This document shows, in pieces, positions 9,943-19,537 of a stretch of 64,000 nt of DNA; the first letter of the stretch is position 1, and the number at the start of each line of letters is the position of its first letter. The notes under the pieces were generated by a model, which did no database searches, had not been told where the DNA came from, and saw only the letters and a program-made list of their open reading frames with translations. Source of the stretch: Allosphingosinicella sp. (GTDB lineage Bacteria; Pseudomonadota; Alphaproteobacteria; Sphingomonadales; Sphingomonadaceae); contig DASQLT010000070.1 of the NCBI GenBank assembly GCA_035629855.1, positions 1,295-65,294 of the forward strand, written 5' to 3'. Made by a program: the position numbers and the translations under genes.

Positions 9943-11123
9943 TTCCGATACTCCGCGAGATGGGCCCGGGCGATCACCACTTTCTGCACCTCCGACGCCC
10001 CCTCGTAAATGCGAAGCGCCCTGATCTCGCGGTAGAGCCGCTCGACCGGAACGCCCCTCGTCACGCCCAGTCCGCCGAACATCTGCACCGCCTTGTCGAT
10101 GACGCTCTGGGCGCTGTCGGTGGCGTGGAGCTTGGCGAGCGCGGCCTCGCGGCTGTTACGGACGCCCCGGACGTCGCGAAGCCAGGCGGCGCGATAGACG
10201 AGAAGGGCGGAGGTCTCGACGTCGAGCACCATCTCGGCGAGCTTCGACTGGGTGATGGCATTGTCGGCCAGGGTGCCGCTTCCGAGCCTTCGCCCCAGCG
10301 CCCGCCGGGTCGCCTCGTCGAGCGCCCGGCGGGCGAAGCCGAGGGCCGCCGCCCCGACGGTGGTGCGGAAGATGTCGAGGGTCGCCATCGCCGAAGCGAA
10401 GCCGCGGCCGCGCTCCCCGAGCAAGGCGGAGGCGGGGAGGCGGGCGTCGGCGAACTTGAGGGTCGCGAGCGGATGCGGCGCGATCACCTCGATCCGCTCG
10501 CTGTCGTCCAGCCCCGGAGTGCCGCGATCGACGATGAAGGCGGAGATGCCCTTCGCTCCGGGCGCTTCGCCGGTTCGGGCGAAGAGGATGTAATAATCGG
10601 CGATTCCGCCGTTCGAGATATAGGTCTTGGCGCCATTCAGGACCCATCCGCCAGCCGCTTCTTCGGCGGTCGTCTCGATGGAGGCGACGTCGGAGCCCGA
10701 AGCCGGCTCGGTGAGCGCGAAGGCGGCGATCTTCTCGCCCCGGGCCACGGCAGGGAGGTAAGCCGCCTTCTGGGCGTCAGTTCCGAACAGGGAGATGGTC
10801 CCGGATCCGAGGCCCTGCATGGCGAAGGCGAAGTCGGCGAGGCCGTTGTGGCGGGCGAGGGTCTCCCGGATCAGCGCGAGCGAGCGGACGTCGAGCTTGC
10901 CGGATTCGTCGGGGATGCAATGGCGGAGCCAGCCGCCCTCGCCGAGCCTGCGGACGAGGTCGCGGCAGGCCTGATCGAGGTCCTCGGGCTCATTGTCATC
11001 GAGCTCGGCTTCGCACCAGCGCTCGAGGCTCTCGGCAAGGGCGCGGTGGCTGTCGTCGAAGAAGGGCCAGTCGAGGAAGGCGCGGTCGCTTCCACCCCCG
11101 TCATGCTGAACTTGTTTCAGCAT
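9939..11123 (-). CDS. acyl-CoA dehydrogenase
   Basis: ACAD pattern [11 protein letters not shown]...YISNGGIAD...[10 protein letters not shown]. The first codons (MLKQVQHDG) derive from REP B1, so the true start is uncertain. Confidence 0.9.
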   Translation of the reverse strand: MLKQVQHDGGGSDRAFLDWPFFDDSHRALAESLERWCEAELDDNEPEDLDQACRDLVRRLGEGGWLRHCIPDESGKLDVRSLALIRETLARHNGLADFAFAMQGLGSGTISLFGTDAQKAAYLPAVARGEKIAAFALTEPASGSDVASIETTAEEAAGGWVLNGAKTYISNGGIADYYILFARTGEAPGAKGISAFIVDRGTPGLDDSERIEVIAPHPLATLKFADARLPASALLGERGRGFASAMATLDIFRTTVGAAALGFARRALDEATRRALGRRLGSGTLADNAITQSKLAEMVLDVETSALLVYRAAWLRDVRGVRNSREAALAKLHATDSAQSVIDKAVQMFGGLGVTRGVPVERLYREIRALRIYEGASEVQKVVIARAHLAEYRK

Positions 11124-11182
11124 CCAGTCCTCCGCTCATAGGACGGGTGTCCAGCTAGACCCTGAAACAAGTTCAGGGTGAC
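11100..11182. repeat. REP-like element, family B (GTCATGCTGAACTTGTTTCAGCATCC ... GACCCTGAAACAAGTTCAGGGTGAC)
   Basis: Two hairpins, CTGAA(A)C..GTTTCAG. Other copies are at 36399-36480, 41993-42075 and 49291-49372. Confidence 0.9.
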
Positions 11183-11198
11183 GGCTCTCCCGCTTCGG

Positions 11199-12008
11199 TC
11201 AATCACCCTGGAACTCCGGTTTCCGCTTCGCCGCGAAGGCTTCGAAGGCGCGCTTGAAGTCGTTCGTGGCCATGCAGATGGCCTGGGCCTGGGCTTCCAT
11301 CTCGATCGCCGTCTCCAGGCTGACGTTCCATTCCTGATTGAGCTGCGTCTTGGTGATCCTGTGCGCGAAGGTCGGGCCCGAAGCCAGGGTTCGGGCCAGC
11401 GCCCGGGCTTCGTCGAGCAAGTCCTCGCTCGGCACGAGACGGTTGTGGAAGCCCCAATTCTCGCCCTCCTGCGCGGTCATGACCCGGCCGGTGTAGAGCA
11501 ATTCCGCCGCCCGGCCCTGGCCGACGATCCGCGGCAGGATTGCGCAGGCGCCCATGTCGCAGCCGGCGAGGCCGACCCGGGTGAAGAGGAAGGCGGTCTT
11601 CGACTCGGGCGTGGCGAGGCGCAGGTCCGAAGCCATGGCGAGGATCGCTCCGGCGCCGACGCAGATGCCGTCGATCGCCGCGACGATGGGCTGCGGACAG
11701 GCACGCATCGCCTTGACGAGATCGCCCGTCATCCGGGTGAAATCGAGCAGGCCGGGCATGTCCATCCGGGTGAGCGGCCCGATGATCTCGTGGACGTCGC
11801 CGCCCGAGCTGAAATTGCCGCCGGCGCCGGCGACCACGACCGCCTTCACCTCGCGGGCGTAGACGAGAGCCCGGAAGGTATCGCGAAGCTCGGCATAGCT
11901 TTCGAAGGTGAGCGGGTTCTTCCGCTCGGGGCGGTCGAGGGTGATCGTGGCGACGCCGTCGGCATAATCCCACAGGAAGTGCTCGGGCGCGAAGGCTTCA
12001 GGGTTCAT
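11199..12008 (-). CDS. enoyl-CoA hydratase/isomerase (crotonase) family protein
   Basis: Crotonase fold pattern [15 protein letters not shown]...[21 protein letters not shown]. Confidence 0.9.
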   Translation of the reverse strand: MNPEAFAPEHFLWDYADGVATITLDRPERKNPLTFESYAELRDTFRALVYAREVKAVVVAGAGGNFSSGGDVHEIIGPLTRMDMPGLLDFTRMTGDLVKAMRACPQPIVAAIDGICVGAGAILAMASDLRLATPESKTAFLFTRVGLAGCDMGACAILPRIVGQGRAAELLYTGRVMTAQEGENWGFHNRLVPSEDLLDEARALARTLASGPTFAHRITKTQLNQEWNVSLETAIEMEAQAQAICMATNDFKRAFEAFAAKRKPEFQGD

Positions 12009-12742
12009 GCGATCTCCACCGTCTCACCGTTCCGCTCCGAGACGACGAGGTCAAGCACCGCGGCCGCAACCTCTTCCGGAACGATCAGTCGGCCCGACGG
12101 GTTCAGCCGGGCCAGCTCCTCTCGAGCCGTCTCTTCGCTGCGCCCGGTCTTGGCGGCGATGTTCGAGACGGATTGCACGGTCATGTCGGTGTCGACGAAG
12201 CCCGGGCAGACCGCGTTCACCCGCAAATTCCCTCGCCCATATTCGGCGGCGAGGGCGCGGGTGAGGCCGACCGCGCCGTGCTTGGCGGCGATATAAGGCG
12301 AAGCGTAAGCGAAGCCGTGAAGGCCGGCCATCGACGCGATCGTGACGATCCGGCCGGCGGGGGCGGCGAGCAGGTCGGGCAAGGCGGCCTGGCAGCAATG
12401 GAACATGCCGTCCAGGTTGACCGCCATGATGTCGCGCCAGAAGGCCTCGGTGACCTTCGCGAACGGCATGCCCGCCGCCGCTCCGGCGTTGTTGACGAGG
12501 ATCGTGACCGGCCCCTGCGCCTCGCGGGCGAGTGCGAAGGCGGCGTCGACTTCTTTCCGGACGGTGACGTCGGCGGGGGCGACGAAGGCGTCGAATTCGC
12601 CGGCCACCTCTTCGAGCTTGTCGCGGCGGCGGCCGACCAGGGTAAGCTTCGCGCCCTCGGCCCCGAGCGCCCGGGCGATGGCGGCACCGATGCCGGTACC
12701 GCCACCGGTGACGATTGCGTGGTGGTTTTCGAGGCGTCTCAC
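12005..12742 (-). CDS. SDR family NAD(P)-dependent oxidoreductase (3-hydroxyacyl-CoA dehydrogenase-like)
   Basis: [16 protein letters not shown] and YIAAKHG (YxxxK). GTG start at 12742 overlaps the stop of the upstream DUF559 ORF (GTGA). Confidence 0.9.
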   Translation of the reverse strand: MRRLENHHAIVTGGGTGIGAAIARALGAEGAKLTLVGRRRDKLEEVAGEFDAFVAPADVTVRKEVDAAFALAREAQGPVTILVNNAGAAAGMPFAKVTEAFWRDIMAVNLDGMFHCCQAALPDLLAAPAGRIVTIASMAGLHGFAYASPYIAAKHGAVGLTRALAAEYGRGNLRVNAVCPGFVDTDMTVQSVSNIAAKTGRSEETAREELARLNPSGRLIVPEEVAAAVLDLVVSERNGETVEIA

Positions 12743-13188
12743 TTGCTCTCACCCTCCCACCGCTTCGCGGCGGGCCCCTCCCTCTCCCCTGCAGGGAGAG
12801 GGGTTATTCGTCCCTCTCCCTGCAGGGGAGAGGGACACGCAGCCCGCAAAGCGGGATGCGAGGGTGAGGGCAGTGCGTTCGCGATGACGGTCAGCACGCC
12901 TTCCAGATTTTCGTTGATCTCGTTGTTCCAGAAACGGAGCGTGCGCCAGCCCAGGCGGGCGAAAGCGCGTTCGCGGGCCGCGTCGTAAGCCTCCTCGTCC
13001 ACATGCTGGCTTCCATCCGCTTCCACGACCAGCCGCGCTTCAGGACAGGCGAAGTCGGCGATGTAGCCGTCGAGCCACATCGGCTTGCGGAATTTGAAAC
13101 CTTCAAAGCGTCGTCCTCGCAATTGGCCCCAAAGCAGCCTTTCCTGCGGGGTCCTGTCGCGGCGAAGCTGCCGGGCGCGGGTGAGCAT
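12739..13188 (-). CDS. DUF559 / Vsr-like endonuclease-domain protein with REP-derived C-terminal tail
   Basis: MLTRARQLRRDRTPQERLLWGQLRGRRFEGFKFRKPMWLDGYIADFACPEARLVVEADGSQH...LRFWNNEI is the DUF559 pattern. The ORF stays open through REP A3 up to the SDR start. Confidence 0.7.
   Translation of the reverse strand: MLTRARQLRRDRTPQERLLWGQLRGRRFEGFKFRKPMWLDGYIADFACPEARLVVEADGSQHVDEEAYDAARERAFARLGWRTLRFWNNEINENLEGVLTVIANALPSPSHPALRAACPSPLQGEGRITPLPAGEREGPAAKRWEGESK
12748..12870. repeat. REP-like palindromic element, family A
   Basis: CTCACCCTCCCACCGCTTCGCGGCGGGCCCCTCCCTCTCCCCTGCAGGGAGAGGGG ... GGGAGAGGG ... CGAGGGTGAGGG. Its first ~45 nt are identical to the start of copy A4. Confidence 0.9.
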
Positions 13189-13213
13189 GTCGTCGCCTGG
13201 CGGCCTCCTCACG

Positions 13214-13354
13214 CCCTCACCCTCCCACCGCTTCGCGGCGGGCCCCTCCCTCTCCCCTAGAGGGAGAGGGGGAAGGTAAGGCTGCGGTACTAAAACCCCT
13301 CTCCCTGTAGGGGAGAGGGAGGGGCCCATTGCGCCAGCAATGGGAGGGTGAGGG
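13214..13354. repeat. REP-like palindromic element, family A
   Basis: Same 5-prime arm as A3, then two GGGAGAGGG hairpins and a closing GGGAGGGTGAGGG arm. It lies between the DUF559 start and the hydroxylase stop. Confidence 0.9.
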
Positions 13355-13362
13355 CAGTGCGG

Positions 13363-15654
13363 TCACGCCTTGAGCTCCGCCTCGCGCGCAAGATTGCGCG
13401 CCAGCTGGCCCATTCCGCTGAGATATTGCGGCGGCACCTGCACTCCCCGATAGTCGGCGGCGGCGGCGGCTCGCAACGTCCACATCGGGTCGACCAGATG
13501 CGGCCGGGCGAGGGCGACCAGGTCGGCGCGGCCGGCGGCGAGGATCGAGTTGACGTGGTCGCTCTCGTAGATGTTGCCCACCGCCATGGTCGCGACCCGG
13601 CCCTCGTTGCGGACCTGGTCGGCGAAGGGCGTCTGGAACATCCGGCCGTAGACGGGAGCGCACTCGGCCCAGGTCTGGCCGGCCGAGACGTCGATCAGGT
13701 CGGCGCCGGCCTCCGCGAAGGCGCGGCCGATCATGACCGCCTCGTCCGGAGTGACGCCCTGATCCCCCATCCAGTCGTTGGCCGAGATCCGGACCGACAT
13801 CGGCCTTTCCGCCGGCCAGGCGGCACGCATCGCCCGGAATATCTCGAGCGGGAAGCGAAGCCTGTTCTCCAGGCTGCCGCCATATTCGTCGGTCCGCTTG
13901 TTGGTGAGGGGGGTGATGAAGCTGGAGAGGAGATAGCCGTGGGCGGCGTGGAGCTCGACCATGTCGAACCCCGCCTCGAGGCCCATCAGAACCGAGGCCA
14001 CGAACCGACGGCGAACCTCGTCCATGTCGGCACGGGTCATCGGCCGGGGTATCTGGTTGCGCTCCGACCACGGAACGTCCGACGCCGCCACGATCGGCCA
14101 GTTGCCGCTCTCGAGCGGGACGTCATAGCCTTCCCAGCCCACTCTCGTGCTGCCCTTCGGTCCCGAATGGCCGAGCTGTAGGCAGAATTTCGCCTTGGTG
14201 TTGGAATGGACGAAGTCGACGATCCGCTTCCAGGCCCCGACATGCTCGGCCGCATAAAGGCCGGCGCAGCCCGGGGTGATTCGGCCCTCCTCGGAAACGC
14301 AGGTCATCTCGGTATAGACGAGGCCGGCGCCGCCCTGGGCCCGGGTGCCGTAATGGACGAGGTGGAAGTCGTTCGGCACCCCGTTTTCGGCCGAATACAT
14401 CGCCATCGGCGACACCACGATCCGGTTGGCGAGGGTCAGCTCGCGGAGGCGGTAGGGCGTGAACATCGGCGGGGCGGGGTGGTTGACGGGGACTCCCGTC
14501 GCCTTCGACTGGAACCAGCGCTCGACCCCCTCCAGCCAGGGCCCGTCGCGAAGGCGAAGATTCTCGTGGCTGACCCGCTGCGATCGGGTCAGCAGCGAAT
14601 AAGCGAATTGGATCGGCTCGAAGTGAAGGTAGCGATCGAGCGTCTCGAACCATTCGGTCGAGTTGCGGGCGCTGTTCTGGAGCTTGAGCACCTCGACCTG
14701 GCGCTCTTCGCGATATTCGCCCAGGGCCGCCTCGCGGGTCAGGCCGGGCCGGTTGAGCACTTCGGCGAGCTTGATCGAATCCTCGATCGCGAGCTTGGTG
14801 CCGGAGCCGATCGAGAAATGCGCCGTGTGGGCGGCGTCGCCGAGCAGGATCAGGTTGCGGTAGGACCAGCGCTCGCAAATGATCCGGCGGAACTGGAGCC
14901 AGGCCTCCGGCCCCTCGAGATGGGCGGCGTTGGACATGAGCGCCTTGCCGCCCAAATGGCGGTCGAAGATCCGCTCGCACAAGGCGATCGCTTGCCGCTG
15001 GTCCATCCGGTCGAGGCCGAGCCGCTGCCAGGTGTCCGGCGCCATCTCGACGATGAAGGTCGATAGGCCCTCGCCGAAGCGATAGGCATGGGCCCACACC
15101 CAGCCCGCCTCCGTCTCCTCGAAAGCGAAGGTGAAGGCCTCGAACACCTTCTCGGTCCCGAACCAGAAGAATTTGTTCCTGCGGACCTGGACGTCGACTC
15201 CGAAATGCTCGGCATAAGCGTTGCGGATCCGGCTGTTGGCGCCGTCGGCGGCGATGACCAGATCGTAGCCGGCATAGGAATCGAGGTCGGCGCTCGCCTC
15301 GTGCTCGAAGTGGAGGCGGACGCCGAGCTCGTGAGCCCGATCCTGAAGGATGCCCAGGAGGCGCCGGCGGCCGATGCCGATGAAGCCGTGCCCCGACGAA
15401 CGCATCGTCTCGCCGTGGATATGGACTTCGATATCGTCCCAATGGGCGAACTCGCCGCGGATGACGGCGCCCGACACGGGATCGTTGGCCATCAGATTCT
15501 CGACCGTCTGGTCGGAGAAGACGACTCCCCAGCCGAACGTGTCGTCGGGCCGGTTGCGCTCATAAAGGTCGATGTCGTGCGCCGGGTGGCGCAGCTTCAT
15601 CGAAATCGCGAAATACAGCCCGGCCGGTCCCCCGCCCAGGCAGGCGATGCGCAT
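13363..15654 (-). CDS. bifunctional FAD monooxygenase / Old-Yellow-Enzyme-type flavin oxidoreductase (salicylyl-CoA 5-hydroxylase or 2-aminobenzoyl-CoA monooxygenase-reductase-like)
   Basis: N-terminal [16 protein letters not shown] (FAD fold) and [17 protein letters not shown]. The C-terminal half is NADH:flavin oxidoreductase-like ([14 protein letters not shown]). 763 aa. Confidence 0.85.
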   Translation of the reverse strand: MRIACLGGGPAGLYFAISMKLRHPAHDIDLYERNRPDDTFGWGVVFSDQTVENLMANDPVSGAVIRGEFAHWDDIEVHIHGETMRSSGHGFIGIGRRRLLGILQDRAHELGVRLHFEHEASADLDSYAGYDLVIAADGANSRIRNAYAEHFGVDVQVRRNKFFWFGTEKVFEAFTFAFEETEAGWVWAHAYRFGEGLSTFIVEMAPDTWQRLGLDRMDQRQAIALCERIFDRHLGGKALMSNAAHLEGPEAWLQFRRIICERWSYRNLILLGDAAHTAHFSIGSGTKLAIEDSIKLAEVLNRPGLTREAALGEYREERQVEVLKLQNSARNSTEWFETLDRYLHFEPIQFAYSLLTRSQRVSHENLRLRDGPWLEGVERWFQSKATGVPVNHPAPPMFTPYRLRELTLANRIVVSPMAMYSAENGVPNDFHLVHYGTRAQGGAGLVYTEMTCVSEEGRITPGCAGLYAAEHVGAWKRIVDFVHSNTKAKFCLQLGHSGPKGSTRVGWEGYDVPLESGNWPIVAASDVPWSERNQIPRPMTRADMDEVRRRFVASVLMGLEAGFDMVELHAAHGYLLSSFITPLTNKRTDEYGGSLENRLRFPLEIFRAMRAAWPAERPMSVRISANDWMGDQGVTPDEAVMIGRAFAEAGADLIDVSAGQTWAECAPVYGRMFQTPFADQVRNEGRVATMAVGNIYESDHVNSILAAGRADLVALARPHLVDPMWTLRAAAAADYRGVQVPPQYLSGMGQLARNLAREAELKA

Positions 15655-15722
15655 CGCTCTCTCCCTTGCCAGGCCCCGGCCTAAGTTAGCGGCGAAGGGG
15701 AGGCAAGGGTGGGTAGGACCCT

Positions 15723-15810
15723 CGTCATCCCAGCGAAGGCTGGGATCCCGGCGGGTGAAAGGCGCCCGGGCCCTTCACCCCTTGGGGCCCCAGCCTTCGC
15801 TGGGGCGACG
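15723..15810. repeat. REP-like element, family C
   Basis: CGTCATCCCAGCGAAGGCTGGGATCC ... GGGGCCCCAGCCTTCGCTGGGGCGACG. Confidence 0.9.
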
Positions 15811-15819
15811 GATTCGCCG

Positions 15820-16749
15820 TCAAGGCTTGTCGGGCTTGTTCGGATCGGACTGCTGGTCGTCCTTTTTCTTGTCCTGCTGCTGCTGCTGCTGCTGAGACTC
15901 GCCCTTCTTCTTGCCGCCGAGAAGCATCGCGCCACCGATGACGGCGCCGACGGCCGCCGCGCCGAGCAGCGCGTCGCGCGTCCCGTTCCCCTTCTTGCCG
16001 CCGCCGCCGCCGGGTTCGGCGGTGGTTCGAAGCAGCGACTGAAGGGCCTGGAGGCCCGCCGCCGAGATCGGGAACGGGCCGATCGGCGGCGCTCCGACGC
16101 GAGGGGCGTAAAGCGCCAGGCCGGGACGGTCGAGGGTGACGACGCTCGCTCCGACCGTCACGTCGACCGCTCCGGGCCGGGTGTCGCCCTGCGTGCGAGG
16201 GCCCGGGCCGCGGAGCACGATCAGCGACGCTTCGTCCTTCTTCGACTTGACCTTCCGCCCGACCGCGGGCTCGCGCTCGGCGATCTCGATCGCGTCCTCG
16301 CCGACCACGCCCTCGAAGATGGTCCCGCGAATGCCGATGGTGGCGACCGGCGTGCGCACCGACACCGGGCCGGAAGGGCTCCGGAGAGTGCGTCCGGACA
16401 TGAAGCGGAAGGCGCCGCGGGTGACGCTGACCCCGGTCGAGCGGCTGTTCCTCGCCGGGTCGTAGACGAACCGGTCGACGGCGACCCGTGCGTTCGCGCC
16501 GACGGTGAAGGTGGTTCGGTCGAGCAAAAGGATCTGGAGCTGGCTCGCCGCGGCGGTCCTCACCTCGTCGTTGAGGTTCACCCTTTCCCGAACCACGGCC
16601 GGACGCGCCTTCTTCGTCCCGGCGCCGACGATCACCACCTTGTTGCGGACCGCGGCGTTGACCCCGACCGCCTGGGCAAAGGCCGGCGAGGCGGCGAGGC
16701 TGGCGGCCGCCACGGCCGCGGCGGCCTTGCCCAGGGGGCCCGGTCTCAT
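15820..16749 (-). CDS. FecR-domain-like secreted protein with Gly/Lys/Gln-rich C-terminal tail
   Basis: Signal peptide AASLAASPAFAQA and a beta-rich core TRGAFRFMSG...IGIRGTIFE. It is adjacent to a CHASE2 cyclase, as in the common FecR/CHASE2 arrangement. ATG at 16749 overlaps the upstream stop (ATGA). Confidence 0.65.
   Translation of the reverse strand: MRPGPLGKAAAAVAAASLAASPAFAQAVGVNAAVRNKVVIVGAGTKKARPAVVRERVNLNDEVRTAAASQLQILLLDRTTFTVGANARVAVDRFVYDPARNSRSTGVSVTRGAFRFMSGRTLRSPSGPVSVRTPVATIGIRGTIFEGVVGEDAIEIAEREPAVGRKVKSKKDEASLIVLRGPGPRTQGDTRPGAVDVTVGASVVTLDRPGLALYAPRVGAPPIGPFPISAAGLQALQSLLRTTAEPGGGGGKKGNGTRDALLGAAAVGAVIGGAMLLGGKKKGESQQQQQQQDKKKDDQQSDPNKPDKP
15874..15894. repeat. (CTG)7 trinucleotide repeat, encoding Q7 on the minus strand
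   Basis: Counted directly. It lies in the C-terminal tail (ESQQQQQQQDKKK) of the FecR-like ORF. Confidence 0.95.
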
Positions 16750-17144
16750 CGCCGTTTCCCCCGCCTGGGCGACCCGGGCCGCGGCACCGGCCCGCAGGCC
16801 GAGGCGACCCCGGCCCAGTCCGAATCGGCGATCGGCCTTCCGGCGAGCAGGCCCAGCTCCAGCTCGGCGCCCTGGCGATCGTCGAGGCGGCACAGCAGGG
16901 CGGCGTAGAGGAGGCGGGGCGGAGCGGCTTCGGGGTAGGCGAACAGCACACGCTCGAGGGTTCCGATCGCGCCCGGCAGGTCGGAGGCGCCGATCTGCCG
17001 GCGGGCGAGCGCCATTCCGCTGTCGAGCTGCCGGGTCGCGGCCGCCAGCGAACCGGGGTCGTCCTGCGCCCGAGCGGCGGACGACAGCGTTACGCCGGCC
17101 AACAGAGCGAGCGAGAAGCGCAATATCCTACCGGTCATCGGCAA
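16746..17144 (-). CDS. small secreted helical (TPR-like) protein, first gene of the FecR module
   Basis: Signal peptide LALLAGVTLSSAARAQ. 132 aa, translationally coupled to the FecR-like gene. Confidence 0.45.
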   Translation of the reverse strand: MPMTGRILRFSLALLAGVTLSSAARAQDDPGSLAAATRQLDSGMALARRQIGASDLPGAIGTLERVLFAYPEAAPPRLLYAALLCRLDDRQGAELELGLLAGRPIADSDWAGVASACGPVPRPGSPRRGKRR

Positions 17145-17221
17145 CGTCCCTTCCGGGGAGCCTCATTTGACTAAGGGCTATCATTCGCCCACCTTTCCGG
17201 CAACTTCATTTCAGCGCCGGG

Positions 17222-19513
17222 ATGAACTCCCGTCCGGCGCGAAAAGGGGCCGCGGGGATCATGCTGGGCATCGGGCGCAGGAGGGCAGCGACGGCCACGC
17301 GCCGGCCGATCATAATGCTCGCCGGGCTGGCAGCCGTCTTGCTGGTGGCGCTGGCGAGGCTCGCCGCGCCCGCTTTGTTCGACCAGGCGAGCGGCCTCGT
17401 CTTCGATCGTTATCAGCGCCTCTCGCCCCGCCCTTACCGGGATGCGGGCGTTCGGGTCGTCGATATTGACGATGAGAGCATAGCCCGGCTCGGCCAATGG
17501 CCCTGGCCGCGCACCGAGTTGGCCGCCCTGGGCGAGGCGATCGCGAAAGCGGGCGCCGCGGCGATCGCCTACGACATCGTCTTTTCGGAAGCCGACCGCA
17601 CCTCTCCCCGCTTCCTCGCCGAGTATCAGGCGCGCTCGGGCGCAAGTGCGGCGCAGATCGCAATGCTGAAGTCGCTTCCGGATCATGATGCGCGTTTCGC
17701 CGCGAACCTCGCCGCGACGCCCTCGACGCTCGGCTTCTTCCTGACCCGGGACCGGCCGGGCGCACAGGTCCGGCCCAAGGCGGGCTTCGCCGTCGCCGGC
17801 ACGCAAGCCGGAGCGAGCCTCACCGATTATTCCGGCGCGATCCTGCCGTTGCCGCAATTCCAGGAGTCGGCGGCCGGGCTGGGCTTCGTTTCGCACAGGG
17901 GCGATTCCGACGGCATCGTTCGCCGAGCGCCCCTGGTCGCGCGGGCCAACGGAATCCTCGTCCCGTCCCTCTCCGCGGAAGTCCTGCGCGTCGCCCAAGG
18001 CGCCGGCAGCCTGATCGTTCGGAGCAGCGACGCCAGCGGCGAAACCAATGCCGGCGCTCCCGAGATGGTCGGGCTCAAGATCGGCGAGGCGGAGGTGCCG
18101 GTCACCGAGCGCGGCGAGATCTGGCTGCATTACGGCCTGCCGGCGCCGGAGCGGACGGTGCCGGCGTGGAAGATCCTGTCGGGGCGGGTGGCGCCGGCCG
18201 AAATGGAGCGGCTGTTTTCCGGACGGATCGTCCTGGTCGGCGCCGGCGCGATCGGCCTTCGCGACCTGGTCGCGACCCCGATGCGCGAGCGCGAGCTCGG
18301 CGTGGTCGTCCACGCCCAGGCGGTCGAGCAGATGGTGCTCGGGGAATTCCTCGAACGGCCGGACTGGGCCGCGGGGCTCGAGATGGCGGTCCTGCTCGGC
18401 GCAGGGATATTGCTCGCCCTCCTGATGCCGTCGATCGGCGCACTGCCGGGCGCTTTTCTGGCGGGCGGACTGATGTCGGCGGTGGCGGGCGGCAGCTGGT
18501 ACGCGTTCGAGGCGGAGCGCCTGCTAATCGATCCGACCGCGCCGATGCTGGCCCTGCTCGGCTGCTATCTGGTGGTGACCCTGTTCACCTATCTGCGTGA
18601 GGAGAAGCAGCGGCGCTACATCCACGGCGCCTTCGACCGCTATCTCTCGCCCGAGCTGGTCCGTCGGATCACCGACGATCCCAGCCGCCTCGAGCTCGGC
18701 GGGGAGGTGCGCGAGATGACCGTCCTGTTCTGCGACATCCGCGGCTTCTCGCGCATCTCGGAGCAGATGGGGCCGCAGGAGATCATCCGCTTCCTGATCG
18801 CCTTCCTGACGCCGATGGCCGACCTCCTCCTCGCCCGCCGGGCGACCATCGACAAATATATCGGCGACGCCATTCTCGCCTTCTGGAACGCCCCGCTCGA
18901 CGATCCCGACCAGCACGAAAATGCCGCTCGAGCGGCGCTCGAGATGATCGAGGGGCTCGAGCGGCTCAACGAGACCATGCCGGAGCGCAAGGATTCGTCG
19001 TGGCCGGGACGGGTCGAAATCGGAATCGGCCTCAATGCCGGGCCCTGCTGCGTCGGCAACATGGGCTCCGCCCAGAGGCTTTCTTATTCGCTGATCGGCG
19101 ACACGGTGAACCTCGCCTCGCGGATAGAGGGGCTGACAAAGGCCTATGGCGTTCGAATCCTGATGGGCGAGGAGCTGGCCCGGGAGCTGCCGGGCTTCGC
19201 GACCTTGGAGGTGGACCGGGTCCGGGTGGTCGGGCGGGAGAAGCCGGCGACGATCCATGCCCTGCTCGGCGACGAAAACCTCGCCGGCGCCCCCGCCTTC
19301 GCCGCCTTCGCGGAGCGCCACGCGAGGTTTCTTGACGATTATCGGGGCCGCCGGTGGAACGAGGCGGAGGAGGCGCTCGCCCTGAACGCGGAAGCGGCGG
19401 CGGGCCATGGCCTCGCCTTGCTCTACGCCCGCTACCGCCTCTCGATCCGCGCGTGCCGCGAGCACCCTCCCGGCGACGGCTGGGACGGGGTCACGATCGC
19501 CGAGACCAAATGA
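17222..19513 (+). CDS. CHASE2 sensor domain-containing class III adenylate/guanylate cyclase
   Basis: N-terminal periplasmic CHASE2-like region, three TM segments, then the cyclase domain VLFCDIRGFS...GDAILAFWNAP...YSLIGDTVNLASRIE. Confidence 0.9.
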   Translation: MNSRPARKGAAGIMLGIGRRRAATATRRPIIMLAGLAAVLLVALARLAAPALFDQASGLVFDRYQRLSPRPYRDAGVRVVDIDDESIARLGQWPWPRTELAALGEAIAKAGAAAIAYDIVFSEADRTSPRFLAEYQARSGASAAQIAMLKSLPDHDARFAANLAATPSTLGFFLTRDRPGAQVRPKAGFAVAGTQAGASLTDYSGAILPLPQFQESAAGLGFVSHRGDSDGIVRRAPLVARANGILVPSLSAEVLRVAQGAGSLIVRSSDASGETNAGAPEMVGLKIGEAEVPVTERGEIWLHYGLPAPERTVPAWKILSGRVAPAEMERLFSGRIVLVGAGAIGLRDLVATPMRERELGVVVHAQAVEQMVLGEFLERPDWAAGLEMAVLLGAGILLALLMPSIGALPGAFLAGGLMSAVAGGSWYAFEAERLLIDPTAPMLALLGCYLVVTLFTYLREEKQRRYIHGAFDRYLSPELVRRITDDPSRLELGGEVREMTVLFCDIRGFSRISEQMGPQEIIRFLIAFLTPMADLLLARRATIDKYIGDAILAFWNAPLDDPDQHENAARAALEMIEGLERLNETMPERKDSSWPGRVEIGIGLNAGPCCVGNMGSAQRLSYSLIGDTVNLASRIEGLTKAYGVRILMGEELARELPGFATLEVDRVRVVGREKPATIHALLGDENLAGAPAFAAFAERHARFLDDYRGRRWNEAEEALALNAEAAAGHGLALLYARYRLSIRACREHPPGDGWDGVTIAETK

Positions 19514-19537
19514 CGAGCCGGACGGTGGACGTGCCTA

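Noticed and set aside
12748-13354. CRISPR-like array, suggested by the dense GGGAGAGGG/CCCTCTCCC repeats.
   Set aside because: The repeats are palindromic REP-type elements with irregular spacing, dispersed across the window. There are no uniform repeat-spacer units and no cas genes.
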